DNA from: a virus
Lineage: Duplodnaviria > Caudoviricetes
Length of the DNA: 24,964 nucleotides
IMG/VR virus record: IMGVR_UViG_3300025751_000136
Location: 1 to 24,964 of that record
Strand: one strand, 5' to 3'
A program made the position numbers and the translations under genes. The notes beneath the pieces are model-generated. The model had not been told where the DNA came from and ran no database searches. It saw only the letters and a program-made list of their open reading frames with translations. This document shows, piece by piece, positions 1 to 9,868 of the stretch. The stretch's first letter is position 1, and each line of letters starts with the position of its first letter.

Positions 1-2
1 GT

Positions 3-620
3 TACATTAACTCATATGCAGAAGGTATAGCATTACCAGCTGGTATATCAACAGGTGATATAATGGTAGTACAAGTATCAAGTTCAGGTGATGCAGACAG
101 TGACTTTGGTATTAGGGTTAATGGACTCTCAGGATCACAAGATATGACAGTATTGACTAGATCAAGTTCAACTTCATTTGTAGCAGGCTCATTTTGGTTA
201 GAACTTAACACAACAACACTCGGATCTGATCCTAGAATATACATTATAAATGGTGGATCAAACATTGACAACAACTCAATATGTCTAGCAGTATTTGATG
301 GTAGTACATTATCAGGATTACGAGGAGAAGCTAATACACAGTATCTAGCTTCAGGTATGCCACGATCACTAGGTTCAACAGATTGGGTACACAGAGGATC
401 ATTAATAATACAAGCAGGATCAAGTGATGGTGCGGCAGTCGCACATACAGCACCTACAGGATATACACAAGCTGTAGCAGTTAATAACTCAACCAGCTCA
501 AGCTGTTCAATTAACTATAAAACAGACATTGAAACTGGTCTCCTAGTAGAAGGTAATGACTATGGAGGAGGTGGATCCTCACAGAACTTAAGTGTAATGA
601 TGGAATTTTTGAGTAGCTAA
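3..620 (+). CDS. C-terminal part of a tail fibre / receptor-binding-like structural protein (5'-partial)
   Basis: The frame is open from position 3 (YINSYAEGIALPAGISTGDIMVVQ...), so the ATG at 63 is probably internal. Ser/Gly/Thr-rich, beta-type composition, loosely like the C-terminal domain of 12226..14589. Confidence 0.55.
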   Translation, partial: YINSYAEGIALPAGISTGDIMVVQVSSSGDADSDFGIRVNGLSGSQDMTVLTRSSSTSFVAGSFWLELNTTTLGSDPRIYIINGGSNIDNNSICLAVFDGSTLSGLRGEANTQYLASGMPRSLGSTDWVHRGSLIIQAGSSDGAAVAHTAPTGYTQAVAVNNSTSSSCSINYKTDIETGLLVEGNDYGGGGSSQNLSVMMEFLSS

Positions 621-630
621 GGAGAAAACT

Positions 631-690
631 GTGAAATATGCAAAAATAGAAAATAGCGAAATACAAACTAAACAAATCATAGATAAGTAG
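631..690 (+). pseudogene. 19-codon ORF MKYAKIENSEIQTKQIIDK, possible truncated tail-fibre-associated gene
   Basis: AAGGAG RBS at 619-624, GTG at 631, TAG at 688-690; directly follows the fibre-like gene. Confidence 0.3.
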
Positions 691-720
691 TAATACAACA
701 AACACCAAAGGAATATTCAA

Positions 721-1185
721 ATGAAAGGTTCAAAAACTGACAAAAGAGGATGGATAACTCAAACAGATGCTGATGGTAATGTACTATGGGAAGAAGAAGG
801 ATTAGTAGTAGGAAGAGGTGATCAAAAGAAAGTAATTAGTACAGCACAAGTAGCAGAGTTAGCAGCATTACATTGTACAAATGTTGAAATAGCAGACTTT
901 TTTGGCATATCAGATAACACCTTAAGCTATAACTTTAAGGAAGTTATTAAAAAAGCAAAAGCAGAAACTAAGCAAAGGTTAAGAGCTGCACAGTTAAAGC
1001 ATGCCATAGACGGTAATGCTACCCTTCTTATATGGTTAGGCAAGAATATGCTCGGGCAATCAGATAGCCAACAAGAAGATAATACAGTTACAGTTCTGCC
1101 TTGGACAGATGATATTCAAAAGGCACAAGTACAAGAAGCATATGACAATTTAGATGATAAGGATGATCCAAATGCCACTGAGTAA
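721..1185 (+). CDS. terS: Terminase small subunit
   Basis: HTH-like segment (CTNVEIADFFGISDNTL), 'GNATLLIWLGKNMLGQ' motif typical of TerS, overlaps the TerL start. Confidence 0.8.
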   Translation: MKGSKTDKRGWITQTDADGNVLWEEEGLVVGRGDQKKVISTAQVAELAALHCTNVEIADFFGISDNTLSYNFKEVIKKAKAETKQRLRAAQLKHAIDGNATLLIWLGKNMLGQSDSQQEDNTVTVLPWTDDIQKAQVQEAYDNLDDKDDPNATE

Positions 1186-2401
1186 AGGACAATCCATTGT
1201 AGGTAATTCAGAAGCTAGATTTAGAGTTCTTATAGGTGGAAGACGATTTGGTAAAACATTCCTAGCTATCCGAGAACTTGCTAAATTTGCTCGATTTCCT
1301 AAAAAAGAAATATTGTATATTGCTCCAAGTTACAGACAAGCTAAAAGTATTGTATGGAAAGAATTAAAACAAAGACTTTCAAACTTAAAATGGATTAAGA
1401 AAGTAAATGAATCAGAACTGTGTATTACACTAGTAAACAATTCAACAATAACACTTAGATCAGCTGAATCATATGACAGCATAAGAGGTCTAGGTGTTGA
1501 CTTTGTTGTGTTTGATGAATTTGCAGACATTGCTCCAGAAACATGGACAGAAGCTGTTAGACCAGCACTATCAGATAGACAAGGACATGCATTGTTCATC
1601 GGTACTCCTAAGGGTGTAGCTAACTGGGCAAAAGATTTATATGATAGAGGTCAAATGGATTATGAAGATTGGAAATCATGGCAGTTTACTACTATTGATG
1701 GAGGTAATGTTCCCGAATCAGAAATAGCTGCTGCTAAAGAAGACCTAGATGAAAGAACATTTAGACAAGAGTATATGGCAAGCTTTGAAACATATTCAGG
1801 CATCATATATTATAACTTTGATACAGACAAAACATTCTCTAAACTAGAATCTACTATAGATGAAAGAACTAGACTGCATGTAGGAATGGACTACAATGTT
1901 AGCCCTATTACTGCTGCTATCTCTATTATTGATAAAAAGGGTATATGGGTATTTGATGAAATTGAAATACATGGTAGTAACACACTAGAAATGTGTGAAG
2001 AAATAAGAAACAGATATCCAAAGAATCCTATTACAGTATATCCAGATGCTTCAGCAGGACATAGATCAACTACAGGAACAACTGACCTTAAGATACTAAA
2101 GCAACAAGGATTTGATGTTAAAGTAGGCACAAAGAATCCACCTGTTAGAGATAGAATCAATAGTGTTAATGCAGCATTCCTTAATGCACAAGGTGTTACT
2201 AGACTGAGAATCTCACAAAGGTGTAAAAGCCTAATAGCATGCCTAAACAAGCAAAGCTATAAAGAAGGTACACAAATACCTGATAAAGAAAGTGGATATG
2301 ACCATATGAATGATGCACTAGGTTATTTGATATGGCAACTACTACCAATTAAAACTCCTACTCTAGAGAGATCTAAACCTGATTACTTTGGTGCATATTA
2401 A
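1172..2401 (+). CDS. terL: Terminase large subunit
   Basis: Walker A GGRRFGKT, Walker B FVVFDE, coupling motif GTPKG, nuclease motifs GMDYN and DHMNDALGY. Start moved to ATG 1172 behind AAGGA. Confidence 0.97.
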   Translation: MPLSKGQSIVGNSEARFRVLIGGRRFGKTFLAIRELAKFARFPKKEILYIAPSYRQAKSIVWKELKQRLSNLKWIKKVNESELCITLVNNSTITLRSAESYDSIRGLGVDFVVFDEFADIAPETWTEAVRPALSDRQGHALFIGTPKGVANWAKDLYDRGQMDYEDWKSWQFTTIDGGNVPESEIAAAKEDLDERTFRQEYMASFETYSGIIYYNFDTDKTFSKLESTIDERTRLHVGMDYNVSPITAAISIIDKKGIWVFDEIEIHGSNTLEMCEEIRNRYPKNPITVYPDASAGHRSTTGTTDLKILKQQGFDVKVGTKNPPVRDRINSVNAAFLNAQGVTRLRISQRCKSLIACLNKQSYKEGTQIPDKESGYDHMNDALGYLIWQLLPIKTPTLERSKPDYFGAY

Positions 2402-2434
2402 GAGACTAAATAAGACGAACAAGGACATTCTACT

Positions 2435-3901
2435 ATGAGCATAGAAAAGCTAAACAATAAACATCCTATAAGACAGAATTACCTAAAAAGATGGAACTTT
2501 CTTTATGACAGTTATCTTGGTGGTAAGGAATATCGTGATGGTGAGTATTTACACACATATTGGGGTGAACAAGATGCACCATTTGATGCATATAAGAAGA
2601 GATTAGATTCTACTCCATTAGACAATCATGTTAAAACAACAGTAGACATATACAGATCATATATTTGGAAGAATCCTCCAAGTAGACAATATGGACCATT
2701 AGAAAACAATCCATTTGTAGAAAGCTTTGTAAAGGATGCAGATCTTAATGGACAATCAATTGATTCATACCTAAAGAATGCTCTAGATTGGGCAATGGTA
2801 TTAGGACAAGTTTGGATATTAGTTGATAAGCCTGCTTACTATGCAGAATCAGCAGCAGAAGAACTAGAAATGGGGTATAGACCTTATCTATGTATGTACA
2901 CTCCACAGAATGTTTTAGATTGGAATTATGAAACAAATCCAAATGGTTCAAAGTATCTTTCATATGTAAAGACTCTTGAATACTCTAGTAAAGATGAAGC
3001 ACTGTTAAAAGAATGGTACCCAGAGTTTGTTATTGTTACTACAGTTGAAATAGATGAAACTACTGGTGAATATACAGGCATAAAATCACAACAAGAATAT
3101 ATTAACACACTAGGTAAAGTACCTTTTATAACACTAATGCCAAATCCAATGCCAGGATATGAGTGTGGTGTTTCAATATTAGGTGATGTTGCTGACATAC
3201 AAAGATCAATATACAATAAGCTAAGTGAACTAGAACAGAACATTAGAATATCAAACCATCCTGTACTAGTAAAGACTCCACAAGCAACAGCAGAGGCTGG
3301 AGCAGGAGCTATTATATCAATACCTGATGATTTAGATCCTGGTCATAAGCCTTACTTACTACAACCAAGTGGTGCTTCAATAGATAGTATTATAAAAGCT
3401 ATTGAACATGATGTAGAATCAATTAACACAATGACACACTTAACAGCAGTAAGAGCACAAAAGACTGCAATGAGTGGTGTTGCACTACAAACAGAAAGAC
3501 AGTTATTAAATGCTAAACTAGGTGATCTAAGTGATACTATAAATGAAGTTGAAACTAAAATATGGGCATTATGGTGTGATTGGATGGACTTAAACAATAC
3601 TGTAGAAGTAGAATACTCACATCATTTTGATACAAGAGATCCACAGTTAGCACAAGAAATCATTAAGCATAGCTTAGAGATAATTCAAAACCCTGTATAC
3701 AAAGAGTGGGCTGAAAAAGAAATAGTAAAGCTAATAGTAAGAGATGAAGAAGAAATGAATCAATTACTAGCTGCTATGGAAGCTACTGTAGTAGAACCAT
3801 TCCAGCCACATACTATGTATGATGCAGAAGGTAATGAATATATAGCCAATAGTCAAGAGGATCATGAAAGATATGCTGCTCTTGGTTATACACATGGCTA
3901 A
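2435..3901 (+). CDS. Portal protein
   Basis: 488 aa directly after TerL; SPP1/lambdoid-like portal features (DADLNGQSID, LGKVPF, SGVALQ). Confidence 0.9.
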   Translation: MSIEKLNNKHPIRQNYLKRWNFLYDSYLGGKEYRDGEYLHTYWGEQDAPFDAYKKRLDSTPLDNHVKTTVDIYRSYIWKNPPSRQYGPLENNPFVESFVKDADLNGQSIDSYLKNALDWAMVLGQVWILVDKPAYYAESAAEELEMGYRPYLCMYTPQNVLDWNYETNPNGSKYLSYVKTLEYSSKDEALLKEWYPEFVIVTTVEIDETTGEYTGIKSQQEYINTLGKVPFITLMPNPMPGYECGVSILGDVADIQRSIYNKLSELEQNIRISNHPVLVKTPQATAEAGAGAIISIPDDLDPGHKPYLLQPSGASIDSIIKAIEHDVESINTMTHLTAVRAQKTAMSGVALQTERQLLNAKLGDLSDTINEVETKIWALWCDWMDLNNTVEVEYSHHFDTRDPQLAQEIIKHSLEIIQNPVYKEWAEKEIVKLIVRDEEEMNQLLAAMEATVVEPFQPHTMYDAEGNEYIANSQEDHERYAALGYTHG

Positions 3902-3962
3902 ATAAAAGGTAACAGTAGACTCCCTGCTGTACTAAACACCATGTAATTAGGAGGTAGCCGAC

Positions 3963-4640
3963 ATGACGGATAACATGGAACCTATTAGCCCGACAGATGA
4001 AACTGGAAATGATCTGAATCAAGGCGATACCAATACCCAGGAAGCTGTTAAGACATTTACTCAAGAAGAATTAAATGCCATAGTAGCTAAAAGAGTTGCT
4101 CAAGCTGGTAAAAAATTCGAAGGTATTAACCTCGAGGAATACCACGAGTTAAAAGCTCAACAAGAGAAGGCTGAAAATGACCGTCTTTTGAAGAGAGAAG
4201 AATTTGACAAATTGCTTAAGCAACAAAAAGACAAGTATGATTCTGAAGTTGGAATACTTAGATCAGAATTAGAAAGAGTTAAGTTAGATGGTACATTACA
4301 AAGTGCTGCTGCAAGACTTAAAACTACTAATCCAGATCATGTTGCACAACTATTAAGAGGTCAGATTAAATTAGATGAAACTGGGAATCCAGTTGTTATA
4401 GATGGCGATGGTAATGTTCGATATGATACTGATACTGCTGAACCATATACTATTGACAGACTAGTAGAAGACTTTGTTAATGAGAATCCATACTTTAGAA
4501 GTGCTGGTAAAGCCGGTACTGGTAGCAGTGGCAACACTGCAAATCTAAGTGAGGTACAATTTGATATATCTCAATTGGATTTAACAAAAGCTGCGGATCG
4601 TGCTAAGTATGCTGAACTAAAGCGAACTGGCAAGATTTAA
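3963..4640 (+). CDS. Capsid scaffolding protein
   Basis: Acidic N-terminus, KTFTQEELNAIVAKRV motif, coiled coil, G/S-rich linker; lies between portal and capsid. Confidence 0.85.
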   Translation: MTDNMEPISPTDETGNDLNQGDTNTQEAVKTFTQEELNAIVAKRVAQAGKKFEGINLEEYHELKAQQEKAENDRLLKREEFDKLLKQQKDKYDSEVGILRSELERVKLDGTLQSAAARLKTTNPDHVAQLLRGQIKLDETGNPVVIDGDGNVRYDTDTAEPYTIDRLVEDFVNENPYFRSAGKAGTGSSGNTANLSEVQFDISQLDLTKAADRAKYAELKRTGKI

Positions 4641-4676
4641 GGTTTGGACAAAGGCTAATAGAAAGGATATAATGAA

Positions 4677-5543
4677 ATGGCTAATAACTCCGCAATTAAC
4701 TTAGAAAGCTTGATGGTTAATACCCGTGCTGAAGCTGTTTATGCTGCACAGGAATCATCTCTTTATCTTCCTGGTGGAATAATTGGAATGCAGAATGTAC
4801 CTGCAGGTTCCAGTGTTCTTCAGGTTCCTGTTATCGACCAAGCAAGTGCTGCTGAGAAAGATATCTCAGGTTCTGCTTTTGGTGCTGATGACTTTACTTC
4901 AAATGCATTAACCGATACTTCAGTTACAATGAATGTTGGTCTATATGCTGCTCGCACTATCCTAAGAGACCTTGGTGGTATCGATCCTATGGTTGTTGGT
5001 AACCAATTAGGTAAGAGTGTTGCTAAGAAGTTCGACCAAGATGTAACTGCACTATTTGATGACTTTACTACTCACACAGCTATTGCTGGTAGTGGTACTA
5101 ACAACCTTCTAAAGGTTAATGACATCTTTAAAGCTGCTGCTACTCTTCGTGGTGCTGGTGTAATGGGTCCACTTAAAGGTGTATTCCACCCAGAGCAGGT
5201 TTATGCACTATTAACTGAACTTACTGGTTCTTCTTTTGCTGCTAGTGATGCACAGAATGAAGCAATGAGAAATGGTTATGTAGGTACTATAGCTGGTGTT
5301 GAAATGTATCAGTCTGCTTACATTACTGTTGACGAAGCTGCTCCTGACCACCTATGGAATGGTATAGTATTCGAAAAAGATGCTATGGCAATCGGCATTC
5401 AAAGAAATGTTGATATTGAAATGGGTCGTCGCCCAGAAGCAGTTGGTATGGATGTTGTTGCATCGCTTATGGCTGCTGTAGGTGTTGTAGATGGTAACCG
5501 TGGTATCCATGTACAGTCAACTGGTTTCACAGTAGAAACTTAA
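4677..5543 (+). CDS. Major capsid protein (HK97 fold)
   Basis: Follows the scaffold, strong RBS, biased codon usage; motifs VFHPEQ..L and GYVGTIAGVEMY.S. Confidence 0.9.
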   Translation: MANNSAINLESLMVNTRAEAVYAAQESSLYLPGGIIGMQNVPAGSSVLQVPVIDQASAAEKDISGSAFGADDFTSNALTDTSVTMNVGLYAARTILRDLGGIDPMVVGNQLGKSVAKKFDQDVTALFDDFTTHTAIAGSGTNNLLKVNDIFKAAATLRGAGVMGPLKGVFHPEQVYALLTELTGSSFAASDAQNEAMRNGYVGTIAGVEMYQSAYITVDEAAPDHLWNGIVFEKDAMAIGIQRNVDIEMGRRPEAVGMDVVASLMAAVGVVDGNRGIHVQSTGFTVET

Positions 5544-5555
5544 GATTGGTAATAT

Positions 5556-5594
5556 TAGTGGGGATGCTTTTTAGTTTGCACAGTGTCTCCACTA
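5556..5594 (+). terminator. Hairpin after the capsid gene (partial terminator or mRNA stabiliser)
   Basis: TAGTGGGGATGCT pairs with AGTGTCTCCACTA (13 bp including G-U); no U-tract follows. Confidence 0.5.
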
Positions 5595-5615
5595 TGCCCT
5601 TATAGGAATAAAACA

Positions 5616-5726
5616 ATGCGAATAGATTATAAACTAGAAAAAGAACGACTATTAGCATTAACAAATTGGACTAGAAAGGATATAACAATGGCTTATAAGA
5701 AGAAAAAGAAGAAGGGTTACAAGTAA
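5616..5726 (+). CDS. Small basic peptide (36 aa, or 12 aa MAYKKKKKKGYK from ATG 5688)
   Basis: AGGA before 5616, GAAAGGATATAA before 5688, TAATG coupling to the next gene. Not in the ORF track. Confidence 0.55.
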   Translation: MRIDYKLEKERLLALTNWTRKDITMAYKKKKKKGYK

Positions 5727-6142
5727 TGGCATTTGCAACAGAAAATGATCTAGTAGACTTGTTGCCTTCCATTTATAATCATGGTGTAGCTGATTGGTCC
5801 GCACAGATTACCAAAGCTGAAACAGATATTAAAGATATCATTAAGTCAACTTGGTATGATAAGAGATATAATGATTATAGTTGGGACGAAACTAAATTAG
5901 TAGAGGCTCAATGGACCGATGCTACACTATACAGAGCATTGTATCGTTATATACTACCTCAACTATCACAGTTTAGAGTAGATGGTGATACTTTCCAAGA
6001 AATGATGAAGTACTACAAGTCAGAGTACAAAGAAGAAATGAATGAACAATTTTCAATTGGTATTAAATATGATCGTAATGCTGACAGCACTATTACCAAC
6101 AATGAAATACATGATTTTCCACAAACTAGGATTTGGAGATAA
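5726..6142 (+). CDS. Head-tail adaptor (neck) protein
   Basis: MAFATENDL start typical of adaptors, helical, 138 aa, after the capsid gene. Confidence 0.7.
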   Translation: MAFATENDLVDLLPSIYNHGVADWSAQITKAETDIKDIIKSTWYDKRYNDYSWDETKLVEAQWTDATLYRALYRYILPQLSQFRVDGDTFQEMMKYYKSEYKEEMNEQFSIGIKYDRNADSTITNNEIHDFPQTRIWR

Positions 6143-6582
6143 TGAGTAAAAGAGAAAGCATAGTAGCTGATATAGTTGACACTCTAGTTACCACTACTAA
6201 AGATGATACTACAAGGTTAACTATAAAAAAAGTAACAAGAGAACCTGTTATAGTAGAAGACCTTGCTGCTACTGCTATGCCTTGTCTTTATGTTCAAAGT
6301 GCTACTGAATCAAGAGAATATGGAACAATGGGCGGAGAGATTGATGGAGAGTTAGAAATACTAATGCACTTATATGTTAACTCCAATACTAGAGACTCTG
6401 ATCGCAATCTGTTGTTAGAAATATTAGAAAATGCAATAATGGTAGATACTACTAGAAATGGTAATGCAGTAGATACTAAATTAACTAATGTAGAATTAGT
6501 AGAAACAGGTGAATATGGACCTTATGCTAGTTTAGCTGTTACTATAGTAGTAGACTACAATTATATAAGAGGAGCAGAATGA
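6142..6582 (+). CDS. Tail terminator / completion protein
   Basis: MSKRESIV start (TAATG overlap), 'AMPCLYV' motif, acidic, before the tail tube. Confidence 0.7.
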   Translation: MSKRESIVADIVDTLVTTTKDDTTRLTIKKVTREPVIVEDLAATAMPCLYVQSATESREYGTMGGEIDGELEILMHLYVNSNTRDSDRNLLLEILENAIMVDTTRNGNAVDTKLTNVELVETGEYGPYASLAVTIVVDYNYIRGAE

Positions 6583-6734
6583 TGCTAATGAAATATGGCA
6601 CAGCTATACATGATATTCCCGAAGAACGAGTAGCTAGAGCACTCCGAAATGGGTTTAAACTGGTAAATGACAAGCCAGAACCAAAAGTTGTCAACATAGA
6701 TCATGATCAAGAAGAAGACAAAGGAGAAGACTAA
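6579..6734 (+). CDS. Hypothetical 51-aa protein
   Basis: GGAG RBS, ATGA and TAATG overlaps with both neighbours; MMLMKYGTAIHDIPEERVARALRNGFKLV... Confidence 0.7.
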   Translation: MMLMKYGTAIHDIPEERVARALRNGFKLVNDKPEPKVVNIDHDQEEDKGED

Positions 6735-7123
6735 TGGCTCGTATTCGTGGTAATGATGGTACTGTTACAGTCGGTGGTACGGCAGTTGGTTCTGTGACTG
6801 CATTTACCCTCAATCAATCAGTAACAACAATGGACAGCTCTGCAATGGGCGATGCTTGGGATACTCATATAATTGGTTCCAAGAGTTGGAGTGGTACAGT
6901 AGATGTTCGCTGGGACTTTGATGATAGCGGTCAAACCGCTATGACAGCTGGTTCTAGTGTTACATTAAACTTATATCCAGAAGGTAACACAACTGGTAAT
7001 GCAGAATGGACAGGTACTGTTACATTAACTGCACTAGACTATTCACAGTCACATAATGAAACTGCTTCACAAAGCTTTACTTTCCAAGGCAATGGTACTT
7101 TCACAGAAAATACTGTAGCATAA
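6734..7123 (+). CDS. Major tail tube protein
   Basis: 129 aa, beta-rich, GSKSWSGTVD and SFTFQGNG motifs of minimal siphovirus tube proteins. Confidence 0.85.
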   Translation: MARIRGNDGTVTVGGTAVGSVTAFTLNQSVTTMDSSAMGDAWDTHIIGSKSWSGTVDVRWDFDDSGQTAMTAGSSVTLNLYPEGNTTGNAEWTGTVTLTALDYSQSHNETASQSFTFQGNGTFTENTVA

Positions 7124-7134
7124 TAAAGTATAAT

Positions 7135-7160
7135 AGAATAGGGTCTTTGGGCCCTATTCT
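7135..7160 (+). terminator. Hairpin / terminator after the tail tube gene
   Basis: AGAATAGGGTC-TTTG-GGCCCTATTCT. Confidence 0.7.
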
Positions 7161-7199
7161 TGTGACTAAATAGTGTTGTCATTATAAGGAGAAAACACC

Positions 7200-7535
7200 A
7201 TGACACCAATTGAAAAAGCCAAAGGGCACTTTAGAGAATTAACAAGTGGTTCTTTAAGAGGTCCACTACATGTAGAAGAATGGGATTTAGATGTATACTA
7301 CCTTCCTGTTGTAAGCTTAAAGACTATGTCAGAAGCAATGGAACTACAGCAAAAAGGTAAAATGGTAGAAGCATTTGCTGCACTACTACAAGCTAGAGCA
7401 TTAGATGAGAATGGTAAGCCATTGTTTACAAAGAGTGACCAAAGAAGTCTTATTAACTCAGTAGACCCAAAGATCATTAATAGAATTATTGATGAAATGG
7501 ATGCTGATACTAAGGATTTTGACTTGGGAAACTAA
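7200..7535 (+). CDS. Tail assembly chaperone (gpG-like)
   Basis: Between tube and tape measure; ends at slippery G GGA AAC TAA. Confidence 0.85.
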   Translation: MTPIEKAKGHFRELTSGSLRGPLHVEEWDLDVYYLPVVSLKTMSEAMELQQKGKMVEAFAALLQARALDENGKPLFTKSDQRSLINSVDPKIINRIIDEMDADTKDFDLGN

Positions 7536-7678
7536 CAAAGGATCGAGAGGTCCTTTTTATAATGTCTATAGCAGACAGAAAAAACATGACACTAGCACAA
7601 GTTAGTGAAATGTCATTACAAGAAATAGAGCTTTGGGGTGAATACTACACTCACATAGCAGATCAACAAAGGAATTAA
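7526..7678 (+). CDS. -1 frameshift extension of the tail chaperone (gpGT-like)
   Basis: GGGAAAC at 7526-7532; the -1 frame stays open for 50 codons (KLTKDREVLFIMSIADRKNMTLAQVSEMSLQEIELWGEYY...). Confidence 0.85.
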   Translation, partial: GKLTKDREVLFIMSIADRKNMTLAQVSEMSLQEIELWGEYYTHIADQQRN

Positions 7679-7679
7679 A

Positions 7680-8045
7680 ATGGCTGTGCCAATGATTGCA
7701 ATGGGTTTAAGACTTTTAACCAAAGGTGGTAGAGGAATAGACTTGAGTGCATCAAAGACCAAAGTCATAGACAACCTTAAAAAAGACATTAAAGAAGATA
7801 TTGATGAACTTTTTGAAGAGTTTACCCAAGAGTTAAAAAAGAAGACACCAAAAGATACAGGTCGTGCTAGTAGAGGATGGAAAAAGGTTGGCAAATATAA
7901 CAGCAAATCAAATCGATCCTCTACTATTATTAAGAACAGAGTACCTTATATCGATCCTTTAGAAAAAGGACATTCAAGACAAGCTCCAAAAGGTATGATC
8001 GACCCAGCATTTGACAAAGTATTCAAAAGAAAGAGAAGAAGATGA
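7680..8045 (+). CDS. HK97 gp10-like tail completion protein
   Basis: TPKDTGRASRGW and NRVPYIDPLEKGHSRQAPKGM motifs; basic. Confidence 0.8.
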   Translation: MAVPMIAMGLRLLTKGGRGIDLSASKTKVIDNLKKDIKEDIDELFEEFTQELKKKTPKDTGRASRGWKKVGKYNSKSNRSSTIIKNRVPYIDPLEKGHSRQAPKGMIDPAFDKVFKRKRRR

Positions 8046-9862
8046 GCCAAAAGTATACAATTGATATTAATGCTAAAGATAATACCGGTGGTGTATTTGG
8101 TAGTATAGGTGGAAAACTAGGTAAATTAGGTGTAGCTGCTGCAGGTGTTACCGCTGCTATTGCTGCTCTAAGTGCTACAATAATGGGTGCTGCTGATGCT
8201 GCTGATGTTCTTGTAAAAAGAATGCAAAAACTTGGTGTTGCAGGCAAAGATTCAGAAAAGATATTCCAAGCACTTGATACTATGTTTAGAAAGTCAGGTA
8301 TTAATGCAGAAACATTTGATAGAGCATTAAGACAGTTAAGCACAAGAGTCAATCAAGGTGTAGAAGGTAATAAGGCATATGCTGCTGTGTTACAAAAACT
8401 AGGTGGCTCTGTATTAGATGCTAATGGTGATGTTAAAAATGCTGCTGAACTAATGGCAACATTAGCTGTCGCAGTAGAAGATGGTAAACTAACTGTAGCA
8501 GACTTTGCTAAAATAGTAGGTGAAAAAGCTGGTCCTGAAATATTCAACACATTCAAAGCAATGGAAAGGTCAGGAGTAAGCTTCTATGATGCTGTAAATG
8601 ATGCAGCTAACAATACTGCACTGTTACCAGAAGGTTTAAAGAAGAATGCAGCAGTATTCCAAGACTTAATAGAAGATTTAAATGCTAGATGGCAAAGATT
8701 TACATTTTGGTTAGCAGATAATACACTGCCAATAATCAATCCAGTATTTGAAGGTCTTATAAAAGGTATTGATATACTAGGAAGAGGATTTAAGACACTA
8801 GCAGACTTAGTAAAAGCAAATGTAAACTTTATATTGCAAATATGGACAGGTGCTAGAGATGTAATGCAAGGATCATGGGGCTTTATGTTAGGTTCTGTGT
8901 ATAACTTGTTTGTAGGTACATTCAATGATCTAGGAAATAATGTAGATAAGTGGATTAATAATTGGGCAGCTAAAATAGAAGGCTTTGTTAATCCTATTGC
9001 AAGAAGATTTGGACAAGAAGGTATTTCATTAGCAGGAAGAATAGATTTCCAAGGTTTTGATGAAGTCGACACTGCTGCCCAATTAGAAAAAGCAAGACAG
9101 GGTATGATCAAAGTAATAACTGCTCCTTTAGATTATACAAATGCTTCATTAGATGCACTTGGTAACTTAACTAAACAAACAGAAAACTTAGATGATGCAC
9201 TAGAAACTGCAACAGGTACATATAGAGAATTAGAACTAGCTACTAACAATACAAGTACTGCTCTTAAAACACAAGAAGAACAAATGAAAGAAGCTGTAAA
9301 AGCTTTTGAAACATATGAAAAGCAAATGGATTCAGTTAGTAAATCGTTAAGTGATCAGTTTGTAGATGATTTAGCTGCTGGTAAAGATGCACTGTCAACA
9401 TTTAAGAACTTCTTTGGTAACATACTAAAAGAAATGGCTTCACAAGTTGCACAAGCTACTATAATGCAACCATTACTACAAGGTTTAACTAACTTTGCAG
9501 GTGCAGGCTCAGCAATAGGTAGAGGTGCTAATCCAATAAGTGCTATAGCAAGTGGATTGTTAGGTAGATTTGGATTTGGTGGCTTCTTTGCTACTGGTGG
9601 TGCTATTGGTGCAGGACAAGTAGGTGTTGTAGGAGAGAATGGACCAGAACTAGTACAAGGTCCAGCTATGGTACACTCAAATGCAAATAGCAGAAACATG
9701 TTAAATAGTGCTGATGGACAGATTGTTATAAACTACAATCCACAAATATCAGCAATAGATACACAAAGTGGTAGAGATTTCTTAGCACAACATGATAAGA
9801 CTCTAGTAGCTCTTATAGACAAAAATAGAAACCGTAGAGGTTTAGGTGGAATAACAAGGTAA
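8042..9862 (+). CDS. Tape measure protein
   Basis: 606 aa, Ala/Gly-rich helical, C-terminal FATGG...VVGENGPEL motif. Confidence 0.92.
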   Translation: MSQKYTIDINAKDNTGGVFGSIGGKLGKLGVAAAGVTAAIAALSATIMGAADAADVLVKRMQKLGVAGKDSEKIFQALDTMFRKSGINAETFDRALRQLSTRVNQGVEGNKAYAAVLQKLGGSVLDANGDVKNAAELMATLAVAVEDGKLTVADFAKIVGEKAGPEIFNTFKAMERSGVSFYDAVNDAANNTALLPEGLKKNAAVFQDLIEDLNARWQRFTFWLADNTLPIINPVFEGLIKGIDILGRGFKTLADLVKANVNFILQIWTGARDVMQGSWGFMLGSVYNLFVGTFNDLGNNVDKWINNWAAKIEGFVNPIARRFGQEGISLAGRIDFQGFDEVDTAAQLEKARQGMIKVITAPLDYTNASLDALGNLTKQTENLDDALETATGTYRELELATNNTSTALKTQEEQMKEAVKAFETYEKQMDSVSKSLSDQFVDDLAAGKDALSTFKNFFGNILKEMASQVAQATIMQPLLQGLTNFAGAGSAIGRGANPISAIASGLLGRFGFGGFFATGGAIGAGQVGVVGENGPELVQGPAMVHSNANSRNMLNSADGQIVINYNPQISAIDTQSGRDFLAQHDKTLVALIDKNRNRRGLGGITR

Positions 9863-9868
9863 AAAACA

